Shown piece by piece: positions 39,566-51,869 of a stretch of DNA of 64,000 bases. A program made the translations under genes and the position numbers. A model generated the notes under the pieces. The model worked only from the letters and a program-made list of their open reading frames with translations, ran no database searches and had not been told where the DNA came from. Origin of the DNA: Sphaerodactylus townsendi (Eukaryota); assembly GCF_021028975.2 (NCBI RefSeq), contig NC_059433.1:29202001-29266000 (forward strand), read 5' to 3'. Numbering within the stretch: the first letter of the stretch is position 1; every line of letters begins with the position of its first letter.

Positions 39566-39713
39566 CAGGGGTAGGGAACCTGCGGCTCTCCAGATGTTCA
39601 GGAACTACAATTCCCATCAGCCTCTGTCAGCATGGCCAATTGGCCATGCTGGTAGGGGCTGATGGGAATTGTAGTTCCTGAACATCTGGAGAGCCGCAGG
39701 TTCCCTACCCCTG
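39566..39713. mobile_element. Palindromic hAT MITE at the left inversion breakpoint
   Basis: Perfect arms CAGGGGTAGGGAACCTGCGGCTCTCCAGATGTTCAGGAACTACAATTCCCATCAGCC and its reverse complement; flanks AGCTAGGG and CTCTAAAC do not match each other. Confidence 0.9.
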
Positions 39714-39815
39714 CTCTAAACTATTTTTAGAAGTTATAATGTCTACAATACAAGAAGTTGGCTGTGACTGTGTACAATGTTATTGTTCCCTAAGCTGTCT
39801 TGTTTTGTTTTAAAG

Positions 39816-39992
39816 ATACATAAGCCATCCAGCTTGAACAGTATTTTAAAGACTGCTCCAACAAAAGTTAGAAAAGAAGACAGCATACGAAAAAGAACCC
39901 TGGATGTTCTGTTATATAAAAATGTGAGAGATATTCTGGCTACTTGTGAAGCTGGCGAAGAACTTTACAATCTCAACATAGAACTGTCTAAA
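39816..39992 (+). CDS. RBFA: RBFA exon 3 (in inverted block)
   Basis: 177 nt, AG/GT; IHKPSSLNSILKTAPTKVRKEDSIRKRTLDVLLYKNVRDILATCEAGEELYNLNIELSK. Confidence 0.9.
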
Positions 39993-41383
39993 GTAAGTAC
40001 AAAAGATATTGGTCCTGTAATTTTAGATAAGTTGTAACACACGGATGATTTGGAATACTTAAATCCCAGTCCTTCAGTCAGCTCTGCAGTTCAGCATGTA
40101 GGCTACCCATGACAGGCATAACATGGTATCGTTTTGTACTATTTATTTATTTTATCAGGCTTATAGGCTGCCCTTCCTTATTGGGCAGGCTCAGGGTGGC
40201 TTATAACAGCTTACATGACTCCTCCCCTGACCCGTACCTACTATTCTGGAGGCAGAATAGTATATAATACTATAAGATTCGACTACTGATATTTATTGCC
40301 TTGGAGGAGAGCAGGCTAGTCTTGGAGGAGGGGGAAAAAATCAAAACCACCTCTCTGTGGTCACCTTGCTCTTTTCCTGGGTGGCCTGTGGTAAACCAGG
40401 TTTATTTTCTGTTCTGGTTGGCTAGCTTGCTGTAGTCTTGGCAGCTGCTAGGGAGCTGGGTTGACAGTGCTGGGGATGCAGAGAAAGGCCAGGGAGTGGT
40501 GGAATAGATGGGCCCTTTATTTCCATTCCAAGCAGAAAGACCATAGGTTCAGGAGGCTGTTAGCTTACCTCTCCCCATGTCTCTCCAGTGGCAGCTTTAA
40601 GCTACAACTCTTTGCCAATCACAAGCCTTATCAGGTGGTGGCTTTATCCACTTTTCTAAAACATGGGGGAGATTTCACACTGGGGAATACTGTTCAGAAG
40701 AGCTATAGGGGCTTATGAAAGAGCCACTGAGTGAGTGTCACTGAATGAAAGATTTGCTGCTGAAGTGAATCTCTTAAATCACATGTTTAGTTTAGTTTGG
40801 TTCAGGGTTCTGTTTTCTTTGATCTGGGAACATTCTGATTTGGGGTGTGTGGAAATGTCAGAATGGCTAGGGGGACTGCGCTGTGATTATGGGGGAGTGG
40901 TTTTTAATGTAGGAAGCTTGTAACAGTTCCAGACTTCAATTTTTCTGGTTAAATTACTTTCATGTTCCTTATTGTAAATAAATTTGAGTGTACCTAGTTC
41001 CTGCTGAAATCAAGGGTACTAAAATTACACTGAAGAGAACTTGGATTCGGATTCTGTCATTGGAACTAGGCTGGGCCTAACATTTTTATGAACCGCACCT
41101 GTGTTATGGAAGCCCTCTTGAATAATATTTCTGCTTGCTCCTGTACCAGAGTTCTCCTTTAGCCTAAGCTGTTTCTCCATCACTATATGGAGAAAATTTT
41201 AAAACACACACACACCCTCTCCCCCGCACCTTTGTGATAGAATTGACTTTTTCTCCAGGTAATGGTGATGATATTCACTTGTTCAATTTCCTGTTTATAA
41301 CCGAGATTGTACTTTTGGACCTTCAAAGTAATTTCTTCACCATGTAAAATATGTATTTGTAACAGGTATTTTAAATTCCTTAG

Positions 41384-41496
41384 GGCTCTCTTGCACCGGA
41401 TTTTTCAGCATGTCGTATATATTGGAAGACTACTGGTAACATAGAACAAGATGACCATATTGATAAGATTCTGCAGCAGAGTGCTCGACGTATAAG
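41384..41496 (+). CDS. RBFA: RBFA exon 4 (in inverted block)
   Basis: 113 nt, AG/GT; GSLAPDFSACRIYWKTTGNIEQDDHIDKILQQSARRIR. Confidence 0.9.
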
Positions 41497-42238
41497 GTAC
41501 AGCCATGCTGTTACCCAAGGATGGGGAAAGTTAAGAGAGAGACTATGGGTCAGTGGCAGAGTACAGAAGACCCCAGGTTCAATTCCTAGCATCTCCAGTG
41601 TAAGCAGCAGCAGTAGTCAGGAAAAACTTTTCTCTGCCCTAGTTGCTGGAAAGGTGCTACCAATCAGAGTAGACAGTACAGGACTCATCAGACCAATTCT
41701 CCAATTCTGTATAAGGCAACTTCATAAGTTCTCTGAAGGCCATTGATATCAATTTTCTAAGATCTGAAGAACTGGAACGAATAATATATCTGCTTGCTTT
41801 TTCTCTGTGATAATTAGCATGTATTTTTGTGACAATTAGCTCTGTGATAATTAGCATGACAAGATATGCACACTTGCATAAGCAGGCCTGTTCACTGTTA
41901 TGCATCCATACAAACTCACTTTTTCATACCTCCCCCAGATAAAAAGATGACCATTGTCTTTTGCGTACCTTAACTCACATGTCTTCCCCCTTTTCTGAGT
42001 TGCTGAGGCGTGGCCCTGAGGATTGGGGCCGGGCGGAGATCAAAATTTCAATGGATCCATCTTAAACTATAAGAACCACCAATCATTGTTCAGCACTTAG
42101 ATGGATAGCATTTTGCTTCTTTTTGGAAAAAAATGAGAACTTTCTTCATCTTGTCCTTGTTGTCCGTTTGTGTCTAAACATTTCAGATGATTTAGAGATG
42201 ACAGTTTAAACACTAGATTTTTTTCTTTATTTTTGCAG

Positions 42239-42323
42239 ACACATTCTGATTAAAAATCAGGTCCTGGGAACTGTTCCTCCAATAGTATTTGTTAGAGACA
42301 AAGCAGATGCCATGGTGCAAGAG
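42239..42323 (+). CDS. RBFA: RBFA exon 5 (in inverted block)
   Basis: 85 nt, AG/GT; HILIKNQVLGTVPPIVFVRDKADAMVQE, containing the RbfA-like VPPIVFV.D motif. Confidence 0.9.
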
Positions 42324-43419
42324 GTAAGGAAGAATGCGTATAAACATTGGATTGGATCCTTTCGCTAAGTGAGGAGTTTCCAAGCGCAGCAAGATTCTTC
42401 ACTTAGCAGAACTGGATCTAATGGATTATCTGTTGGAAGTACTCGAGATGCATAGAATCATAGAGTTGGAAGAGGCCACAAAGGCCATCCAGCCCAACCC
42501 CTGCCATGCTGGAATAGACAATCGTGCTGACAGATGGCCATGCTGCCTTTGTTTAAAAACCTCCAAAGGAGGAGACTCCACCACTCTCAGAGGCAGCGCG
42601 TTCCATGATCAAACAGCCCTTACAGTCAGGAAGTACTACCTAAGTGGACCCTCTTGTACCTTGAATCCATTACTCCCATTACGTTCATAACAAAATGAAA
42701 AATACAGTATTTCTGTAACTGGTGTTTGGTAAGTTTCCAGGATGGAATCAGTGGATAGGGGATGCCTCTTTTGCTCTCTAGTTCTATCAGCAACTATTGT
42801 GTTCCGTCCTAAAAGTACCCCACCAAGGTAGGATGACCTTCAGGAATGATACCTAGTTAGGCACATGATATGCCATTAGAAGGATCACATCTTTCTCCAG
42901 ATACTTACAAAGAAGACTTTTTGCACTTGCTCAGAGTCTAGGGTGCTTGAATTCTGGCCAATCTGGTCTTTTCTGGAAAGCAGAATAGAGTTTATACTTC
43001 AAAACCTCAAAGGAGATTGAAGCCAATCTGGATCCCTGGCTGTGACACAGTTTCCCCCTTAGAAACACTGGAGAAAATACCATTGGCTGGTGATTTACTA
43101 AGATTTTCCCCCAATTAAAAGGGTATTGGTCCTCTAACCAAGTAAAGACAAATTGTAGGTACACTTTCCAAATAGTCACGCTGTTGATTTTTAATCTCCT
43201 CAGGAGGACAGTAAAGATTCCTCAGCTAACTTGTGTCATTGAGCAAGTTCCAGATCATTTGGTGTCACAGCAAATTTTTTCAGACCCACTATTGTTTGGA
43301 ATTGGTAGTTTGCATTTGAAGACACCATGCCAAAACAGACGACTGGGAGCATGAGTTTTCATGATTTCATCTAAATAGCCTTATTAGGTATCTGAAAATT
43401 TGTGTTGACTTTATTACAG

Positions 43420-43493
43420 GTTGAGAGGTTATTGGCAGTTGCAGATTTTGGGCCTGCAGAAGAAGAAAACGAATTGGATGAAAATGATTTCAG
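43420..43493 (+). CDS. RBFA: RBFA exon 6 (in inverted block)
   Basis: 74 nt, AG/GT; VERLLAVADFGPAEEENELDENDF. Confidence 0.9.
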
Positions 43494-44349
43494 GTAGATT
43501 AAAAAAAAAATGCCGATCCAGTTAAGAGTGTCTTTTTGCTGGGTGGGGGGTGTTTAAAATATTTTGAAGTGTACTTTTGAATTGCATCTTCTCCTGCTTC
43601 ATTATCTTTCAAGATTAGTCATATTTATTTTCTTGGAATCATTTGCTTTAAAGTATGCTTGCCTACTAAACCTTGTTTCATACTGTTAAACAGGTATACA
43701 GTTGCTCCTTAAAGACTAATTAAATATATTCCAGCATACGCTTCTGTGAGTTGTAGCTTGCCTCATCAGTTGCAGTGGAGTATACACCCTAGCATTATTT
43801 CATAATATAAAAGACTGATATAATTAAAGGGTCGTGTCTTGAGGGTCGTGTCTTGGCAAGAACATATTTTAGTGTTTTTGGATGTCCACTTTTCAATATT
43901 ATCTGTGCAGTCCACACTACCCCTATTCTGATGTTATGAACAAACAGACATATCAGGAGATGTAGCCTTGTTAGTCCATTGAAGCAAACATAAACTGGAG
44001 TCTTGTGGCACCTTAAGCATTAATAAGCATTTCTTCTAAGTTTAAGCAGTCTTAAATGGGGAGTCCACTTTGTCTGATTAATGCAGTGCGTCCCTGTTAA
44101 GCACTCATGTGTATGCAAAGTGATGAGAAATGTTGTAGTCAGCACAGCCATGAAGTGCAGGAAGTACATGGTGAGAGGTAATTATGCAAAATGCAAATGT
44201 CTTCAAGAAAAGACTATTCACAATGGAAGTAATTAGTGATTCCATTCAATGCAGTCCTACACAGTGTTACACCCTTGAAAGGCCAATGACCTCAATTGCT
44301 TTAGAAAGTTGAAACTCTGTTTAGGATTGCACTATCCATTTCCCTAGCT

Positions 44350-44380
44350 CAGGGGTAGGGAACCTGCGGCTCTCCAGATG
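44350..44380. mobile_element. Start of a second copy of the palindromic hAT MITE, running into the gap (right breakpoint)
   Basis: CAGGGGTAGGGAACCTGCGGCTCTCCAGATG is identical to 39566-39596; left flank CCCTAGCT. Confidence 0.85.
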
Positions 44381-44847
44381 NNNNNNNNNNNNNNNNNNNN
44401 NNNNNNNNNNNNNNNNNNNNNNNNNNNNNNNNNNNNNNNNNNNNNNNNNNNNNNNNNNNNNNNNNNNNNNNNNNNNNNNNNNNNNNNNNNNNNNNNNNNN
44501 NNNNNNNNNNNNNNNNNNNNNNNNNNNNNNNNNNNNNNNNNNNNNNNNNNNNNNNNNNNNNNNNNNNNNNNNNNNNNNNNNNNNGGGGNNNNNNNNNNNN
44601 NNNNNNNNNNNNNNNNNNNNNNNNNNNNNNNNNNNNNNNNNNNNNNNNNNNNNNNNNNNNNNNNNNNNNNNNNNNNNNNNNNNNNNNNNNNNNNNNNNNN
44701 NNNNNNNNNNNNNNNNNNNNNNNNNNNNNNNNNNNNNNNNNNNNNNNNNNNNNNNNNNNNNNNNNNNNNNNNNNNNNNNNNNNNNNNNNNNNNNNNNNNN
44801 NNNNNNNNNNNNNNNNNNNNNNNNNNNNNNNNNNNNNNNNNNNNNNN
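44381..44847. other. Assembly gap (N run)
   Basis: N characters, with 4 G at 44585-44588. Confidence 1.
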
Positions 44848-45064
44848 GGATGGGGGATGCAATGCCCTGGGTGCCAGCGCAGTGGGAGCATGGCCGGGCC
44901 ATGGAGGGGGTGCAGCGAGTGTGTTCCGGGATGTTCGGGGGCATGGCGGGGGTGAGCGGCACTGTGGCAGGGACAGTTCCCTCTCACTCCACCCCTGTAT
45001 GTATGACTCTGTCTGTCTCTGTCTGTCTCTGTCTCTGTCTCTGTCTCTCTCTGTATTTATAACA

Positions 45065-45735
45065 TTTAAGAACATAAGAACATAAGAACAAGCCAGCTGC
45101 ATCAGACCAAAGTCCATCTAGTCCAGCTCTCTGCTACTCGCAGTGGCCCACCAGGTGCCTTTGGGAGCTCACCTGCAGGATGTGAAAGCAATGGCCTTCT
45201 GCGGCTGTTGCTCCTGATCACCTGGTCTGTTAAGGCATTTGCAATCTCAGATCAAGGAGGATCTAGATTGGTAGCCATAAATCGACTTCTCCTCCATAAA
45301 TCTGTCCAAGCCCCTTTTAAAGCTATCCAGGTTAGTGGCCATCACCACCTCCTGTGGCAGCATATTCCAAACACCAATCACACGTTGCATGAAGAAGTGT
45401 TTCCTTTTATTAGTCCTAATTCTTCCCCCCGGCATTTTCAATGAATGCCCCCTGGTTCTAGTATTGTGAGAAAGAGAGAAAATTTTCTCTCTGTCAACAT
45501 TTTCTACCCCATGCATAATTTTGTAGACTTCAATCATATCCCCCCTCAGCCGCCTCCTCTCCAAACTAAAGAGTCCCAAACGCAGCAGCCTCTCCTCATA
45601 GGGAAGGTGCTCCAGTCCCTCAATCATCCTTGTTGCCCTTCTCTGCATTTTTCTATCTCTTCAATATCCTTTTTGAGATGCGGTGACCAGAACTGGGCAC
45701 AGTACTTCAAGTGCGGTTGCACCAAGTGCGGTCGC
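45065..45735 (-). mobile_element. CR1 LINE 3' fragment, same subfamily as 36282-37275
   Basis: QRRATRMIEGLEHLPYEERLLRLGLFSLERRRLRGD...RTRGHSLK; aagaacat tail. Confidence 0.9.
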
Positions 45736-47056
45736 ATTTATATTACTACCTGTCACCAAGCACTTCAGGAACCGATAATATTAAAACAATTGGAAACAAA
45801 CATTTAAACAGATACACAATGCACTAAAATTAGAAGCAATCAAGAAACATATTTTGCCCTCTCAAAATAACCAATCAAGAAACATATTTTGCCCCCTCCC
45901 ATTGATCAGACCCAGGCTGTCTACCCGCTGTGCCCCCCTGCCCAGCCCAGCCTAATCTTCCCACCCTGCCCTCCCACTGAACTCCTCCCCCACTGAACTC
46001 CCCCTGCCACTCCCCCCACTGCTGGATAGCCATCCTGGACCACAAAAAAAATCACTCTGTGGGTGGAAATACAGGCAGCTCTTGCCTTTGGCAAGTGACG
46101 GAAATCCTGGTGCAGGAAGGAGAGCCTTCCGAGGGCTTCTACACTGCTTTGCTGCAATACGTATGAGGTGTCTGCGGGGAGTGTCTGCCTTGCCAACTCA
46201 GGGCCCTTTGCAGAGCATGTGTGAGATCCTCCCCACAGCAGGCATCTTGAGCTCCGCAAGGGCCACATGGAGGCCACTTCCCTGCAGTTCCAGCCTCAGC
46301 TGAAGGAAAAAAGGTTTTTTTTGCATGGCATAGTGGTAGAGAGGGAGGGATCAGGGCAGGGGCTGTGTGTGGTGCCTGGGGCTTGCCTCAGTTGCCGTTT
46401 TGTGGCAACATGCCACTGATGAATAACATTTGTTTTACGTTCCAGTCAGGGACATAGGTATAGATTTTTTATGGAGTGGGTTTGGGGGTGGGGCCACACC
46501 CCCACCCACCCCTAGGGCATGGCCATGCCTCCCCAAGCCCCGCCCCTGGCCTAGTGCTTATAAAAGCAGCTCTCCAAGGTCGGGGATGGCAGACTCCCCT
46601 GCCCTGCCCTGCCCTGCCCTGCCCTGCCCTGCCCTGCCCTGCCCCTCCCCTCTGAGCAGAGGCATAGAGGGAAAATGGAGCCCAGTGCAAAATCTGAGTT
46701 TTGCTCCCCCCCCCGGGCAGCCGCTGTGATGCTGGAATCCACCCCCAAACAGCATCACTTTCAATGGTGTTTAAACTAAAGAGCCCAAATTCTCCTTTTA
46801 AATCCACCTTAAAGGGAGAATCTGGGGTCCCAAGTTAAACAACATTGAAAGTGATGCTTTTTCGGGGTGGAATATCCCCCACCATGAAACAGCATCACTT
46901 TCAATGTGGCGTAGTGGGTAAGAGCAGGTGCATTCTAATCTGGAGGAACCGGGTTTGATTCCCTGCTCTGCCGCTTGAGCTGTGGAGGCTTATCTGGGGA
47001 ATTCAGATTAGCCTGTGCACTCCCACACACGCCAGGTGGGTGACCTTGGACTAATC

Positions 47057-47588
47057 CAGGGGTAGGGAACCTGCGGCTCGAGAGCCGCATGCGGCTCTTC
47101 TTCCCTTGCATTGTGGCTCCACGCCGGCCCCATCCTTGCCCACCCTGCAGGCAGCAGGGCGGGCGCACCAACTGCCCACGGTTGGCTGGGCTGCGCCACG
47201 GGCTTCCCCTCTTGCCTGCCCCATTGGAGCGGGGTGGGCGCTTTCCTGGCAGCTGGCGAGGCCGAGCCACCGGCTTCATCCTTGCCCGCCCTGCATGCGC
47301 TTCTCAGAATGAGTGGAGTAAAAGGTAAAAAAAACCCCTATATATTTATTTATTTGTTATATTTATATACCGCCCTCCCCGAAGACTCAGGGCCGTTTCC
47401 ATCAACAATAAAAGTTTAAAACATCGTATATATAATTTATCTAAAATACATAAAATATTAAACTATAGATATATATAGTGTTATCTTTTTTTAAAATGTC
47501 AAAAATTATTTGCGACTCCAAGTGTTTTCTTTTCCCGTGGAAAACGGGTCCAAATGGCTCTTTGAGTTTTAAAGGTTCCCTACCCCTG
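47057..47588. mobile_element. Non-autonomous hAT element with the same TIR family as the breakpoint MITEs
   Basis: CAGGGGTAGGGAACCT / AGGTTCCCTACCCCTG; flanks GACTAATC and AGTTAGAT do not form a TSD. Confidence 0.8.
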
Positions 47589-48365
47589 AGTTAGATGATA
47601 TTCAGCCTAGCTTTAAGGAACCAATCAGATGAGCTGCTATGTTTACCACAGTTGACTGAATGTATAAAGCCATTTGGTCCCCCTCCCTCTTGGTGCTCAC
47701 ACACATGCTATACTCTGTGTCTTGCTATTTCTATTGCAATAAAAATACATGGGCTTAAACGCGACCAGTACAAGGCCACTTCAGAAATGTATTATTGAGG
47801 CTATAGCTGTTTTGAATGTTTAATGCAAAAATAATAGACTAGGTCCTTGTATTTGGTACTGATACTGATGCTCTGATGGATGAAAAATTACTGCCATGAT
47901 CCTCAAGCTGTTAATTTTAACTTGGAGTACATACAATAATATTCTGAGGAGGAGGAGATTAGAATTCCCCACTGGGGAGAAAGGCATGATTACAAAGGAA
48001 GTAAATAAATACAAACAATATTTTCCATTTGTGAGCAAAAGGTTAAGACTAGATAACAAATTAGGGCTTTATTCTAGATAACAGCACTTGGAAACCCACA
48101 AGTCAGCAATAAGCAGTACAGAAACGGAGAACGTGGTCCGATGTCTCCACCTTTTGAAACCGATTTGCAATATCAAGCCAGATTATTGAATATTATAATA
48201 TTCTGCACAATGCCTACCACATACGTGTTAAGCAATCTGAGAGCGTCGTCGTGGGGGGAAAATCTTCCAGGCAGGCCAGAGTTGCGACTCTCCAGTAAAA
48301 CAACACACACACCCCTCTTCTGCAAGCCCTCCACGCTCCTTAGCGTGGGGTGAGGATGCACTTAC

Positions 48366-48613
48366 TTCTTTTTATAGAGGAACTTCCTCAGCAGATTCCT
48401 GGAGCCGCAGAGAGGGGCGGAGTAGTGCAGAGCCCGGCATCTAGAGCACCCCGGCAGGAACAGGCCTTCCTCCACGCTGCTGCAAACGCTATTCTGCCGC
48501 CGTCGCCACCCTGTAGCAGCAGCTGCCTCCGTTCCATGCGTGACCACCGCTCGGCCTCTGGCCACTGCGGCAAAGGCAGCAGCAGCTGCTACGCCTTGTC
48601 GAACGCCCCACAT
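48366..48613 (-). CDS. RBFA: RBFA exon 1 (mitochondrial presequence region)
   Basis: In a CpG island. MWGVRQG...LFLPGCSRCRALHYSAPLCGSRNLLRKFLYKK resembles human MW...[23 protein letters not shown]. Donor AA|GTAAGT, phase 2. Confidence 0.8.
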
Positions 48614-48957
48614 CGGAGCCGAGAACCCGGAACGTTCCAAGTTCTAGATCGTCAGTCGGCCCCGGGTTCGCCCCGGCGAACTTCCGCTCAGTCGCACAGA
48701 AGGCGATACACAGCGCTCCTAGCGGGCGCGATAAACATTTCACTCCATAGAGCCATTCAAAGCTACCCGCCAATCTAGAGGCTTTCAGGTCGTGACTTAG
48801 AACTGTGCCCTTAAAAACAAAAATCTTGCGGGATGAGAAAGAGCGTCTGAAGTTTGCATGCTCTTTGCGTGCTACTGATTGGTCTTAATAAAAGGTCTTC
48901 CGTGGCTTTTTTTGCATTATAAAAGAGTTCTAAAGCATTCAGAACTTTGCATGCTCT

Positions 48958-50484
48958 TGTTACCGCCAGGAAAATATACAAAATATTTTCCTGAAGTCAG
49001 GTTGCCTGGCTACACTGGCTCCATGCCCGGATGCAGAGACTTGTGTGGTTCAGAAGCCTCCATAAGGTTCACAGAGAACTCATATGTATGTTTGTGCCAA
49101 TGCTATATGGTTTCCCCCTTGTTTATGCCTTTCTAGGATGTAATAAAAGCCCCTTTTATAAGTTGAATGTATGATGTGCCTGCAATTTAGGATGTTAGTT
49201 TAGTTAGGTTCTTCAGTTAGTTTAAGGTTTTGTTATTGTTAGATTTAAGAAAGCCATGCCAATAAGTATCTGTAAAGTCTTGCCCATAAGTATAAGTACA
49301 TGTGTTTATCCTTTAAGGTTTCCCTAACGTTTAAGTTTAGAAATGTTATTTTTGAAATTTGTGTCTGATGGCCAAAGCAGTGGCCAGAAAGGTTTATATT
49401 AAGGGACAAGGAAGTTAGTCCTGGAATTCAGTTTGGACCAACACCCAGGTAATCCCATCTTCACCAACAAAAGGGCCTTTTGACTAACAAAGGATGTCAC
49501 CCTGTTTTGCTATTGGACTGTTTGAAGTTTTACTCTGAGGATCCAGAAGCTCATTGGACTGTTCACATCCTTACTTTCAGGATCCAAGAATTCATTGGAT
49601 CATTTAAACTTGTCTCTGTCTAACACTCCCAAGGAACCACCTCAGGCAAGAGGGTGCAAGTTTTTCTTCTGGGATTTGATCTCATCAGCATGTGCAAAGG
49701 GATTGTTTTCTCCCTTTGGCGTTCTAGGATATTTTCTCTGTATTAGATGGAAGGAGACCGCCCCCTTCTGGTTTTTTGCACTATGGGGGTGGGAGTGCCC
49801 TACACCCCCTTTCTGGGTTACTGGGGAAATGTACAAAAGGGCTGATGCACAGCCATGTGGGGGGCCCTTTTTGCTGAGCTGTGCCAAGAAACTACTTGCC
49901 AATAAAGAGCCTTCCTGCTTTTGAAGAAATTCTGGCCTCCTGAACCTTTCCTCCTTGCCTTGCTGCCTGGCACGAGCTGAAATCACTTGAAATTACTCCT
50001 AGAAATCACTTTATGTTACCAGGGCCGCGGTAAAACTCTTGTAGTACCAGTTGGGTGCAAATTATATTTGCTTGAAACTGTAAATCAGAAAGCCGAGTAA
50101 CAATGTCTGTTTCGGATTGTAATGTATAATGGTGTCTGTTTTAGATTGTGAGACAACAAGCCAGGGGTCATAGGTCAGGGTTAACAGCTGAGGAATGCTG
50201 CCACAGTCTGTCTTTTTAAATCACCCAGCCAGATAAGTTGTCTTTGAAAGCCATAATTGTTGTTTTGTTCTATTCAGAATCAAAATTGATTTGCCTTAAA
50301 TGGAACAACCAATCATATTAGGCCCAGCTTTCTAGATGGTAAAAGGAATATATAAACTATGTCTTTGTTCTCCCCCCTCCCTTGAGGCACACACTTGGTT
50401 ATTCTGTGTGTGACTTCCATTTTTTATTGCAATAAAAAACTGCTACACTAGTCTAGTTATTTGTTTATACTCGTTTGTCTAACA
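48958..50484 (+). mobile_element. Solo LTR with a probable nested second LTR (49168-49985)
   Basis: TGTTA...TAACA ends; 4-bp TSD CTCT/CTGT; TATA at ~50350 and AATAAA at 50431. Inner TG...CA unit has its own AATAAA at 49901 and flanks GTTGAA/CTTGAA. Confidence 0.65.
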
Positions 50485-51869
50485 CTGTTTGCATGCTCCT
50501 TGATTCGCCTTAATAAAAGGTATTCTGTGGCTTTTCGGATTTTCCTTTGAGGCAGGATGTCTACCCTACTCGTCTTTCTTCAAGCACTGCTATTTAGTAT
50601 CCCCAGGACTATCCTATCATGATTATTCAGAAGTAAATTTCAGAGTTGAGGGGAGCCAATTCTCCATCTAAAAAGTTTTCAGCATGGACCAAAATTGTAG
50701 ATATCTGTGCTTGGAAATCTGCCCCTCTGACCGCAAATGTGTTTTACTTCTGGATATATGTTATTACTCTTTATATGAGTATTGGCCCTCACTCAGATAA
50801 ATCCCATGTTTTGTAGAGAACGGCAGAAACCACCAAACTTGTCCCATTACAGCGATGGCAAAAGCTATCCTGTGCCTTCTATGTAACTCGTAAAAACTAA
50901 AGTGAGTACAGAAGGCCAATCTGTCAATTACACTACATACACATTTGGGAAGATTCATAATCTCACTCTTGCAGTTGGTTAGGAGCTAGGAACAGATCCC
51001 AAAATGTTGGTAGTGTGGAATAGTTTCTAGCCACCTGAAAAGAAAGACCTAACTCCATTAATCTCTCCCAAATCTGTTATTCAGAGCTGACAAGAATGCT
51101 AAATCTACAACCGGTTTTCCCCCAGAGTCTGACCAATTTTCAGTATTTTCTATGGAAGAGATAACTCTCACCTCCGGATGCAAACCTTTGCTGTCTATCT
51201 TTTCATAAAACAATAAGGGGTATATTTGGCCTTTGGTGTCTGAAAATTTGTGAAGGCAGAAATAGTGTGCACATTTACTTGGCTGTATGTTCATTTTATT
51301 TATTTAAAAAATTCTACCATGCACACTGGCCCTCCAAAAAATTACTCTCCATAGGTGCTAAGCACATGCCTTACATTTATACATACCATGAGGAACATAC
51401 CTGCACAAATATCTTCATGGGAATATTACAGATTTGCATTGATAATAATCAACTCTATGAAACTGGCATTGGCATTTAAAGAAAAATATTATGTTCTGTT
51501 TTGCAAAGGACTTACATTTTGAAGGATACAAACACAAAAAAGTACACCAGATATTTTATTTGACACACCAGAGGACTGCAAATATAGATTCCAGTTTACA
51601 ATGAAACCAAAGATCAAAGATAACCTTTTCCAATTAGTACTGTGAGACAAGACACAGAATTACATAGGACTAGATCCCATCAAAATGATTTTTATGCCCC
51701 CCACAAGGGTGGGCTGGTGAGAACCTCCCCCTTCTGTGGCAGCTCTCCAACACTCCACCTAATATTGCAGTAGAGCTGCTGTGAGGGGCAGGGGGGAGGT
51801 AGGTGTCATAGTTCCATGCACAGAATTTCCATGGAGCTGCTGTTTTACCAGCAAGACATGGAGAACCTT

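Noticed and set aside
44321-45117. Long ORFs of 212-257 aa
   Set aside because: Artefacts of translating through the N gap. The same applies to 63041-63885.
38279-48613. Two separate genes on opposite strands, or trans-splicing, to explain the RBFA strand pattern
   Set aside because: Exon phases and the swapped TSDs are fully explained by one inversion of the block between the MITEs.
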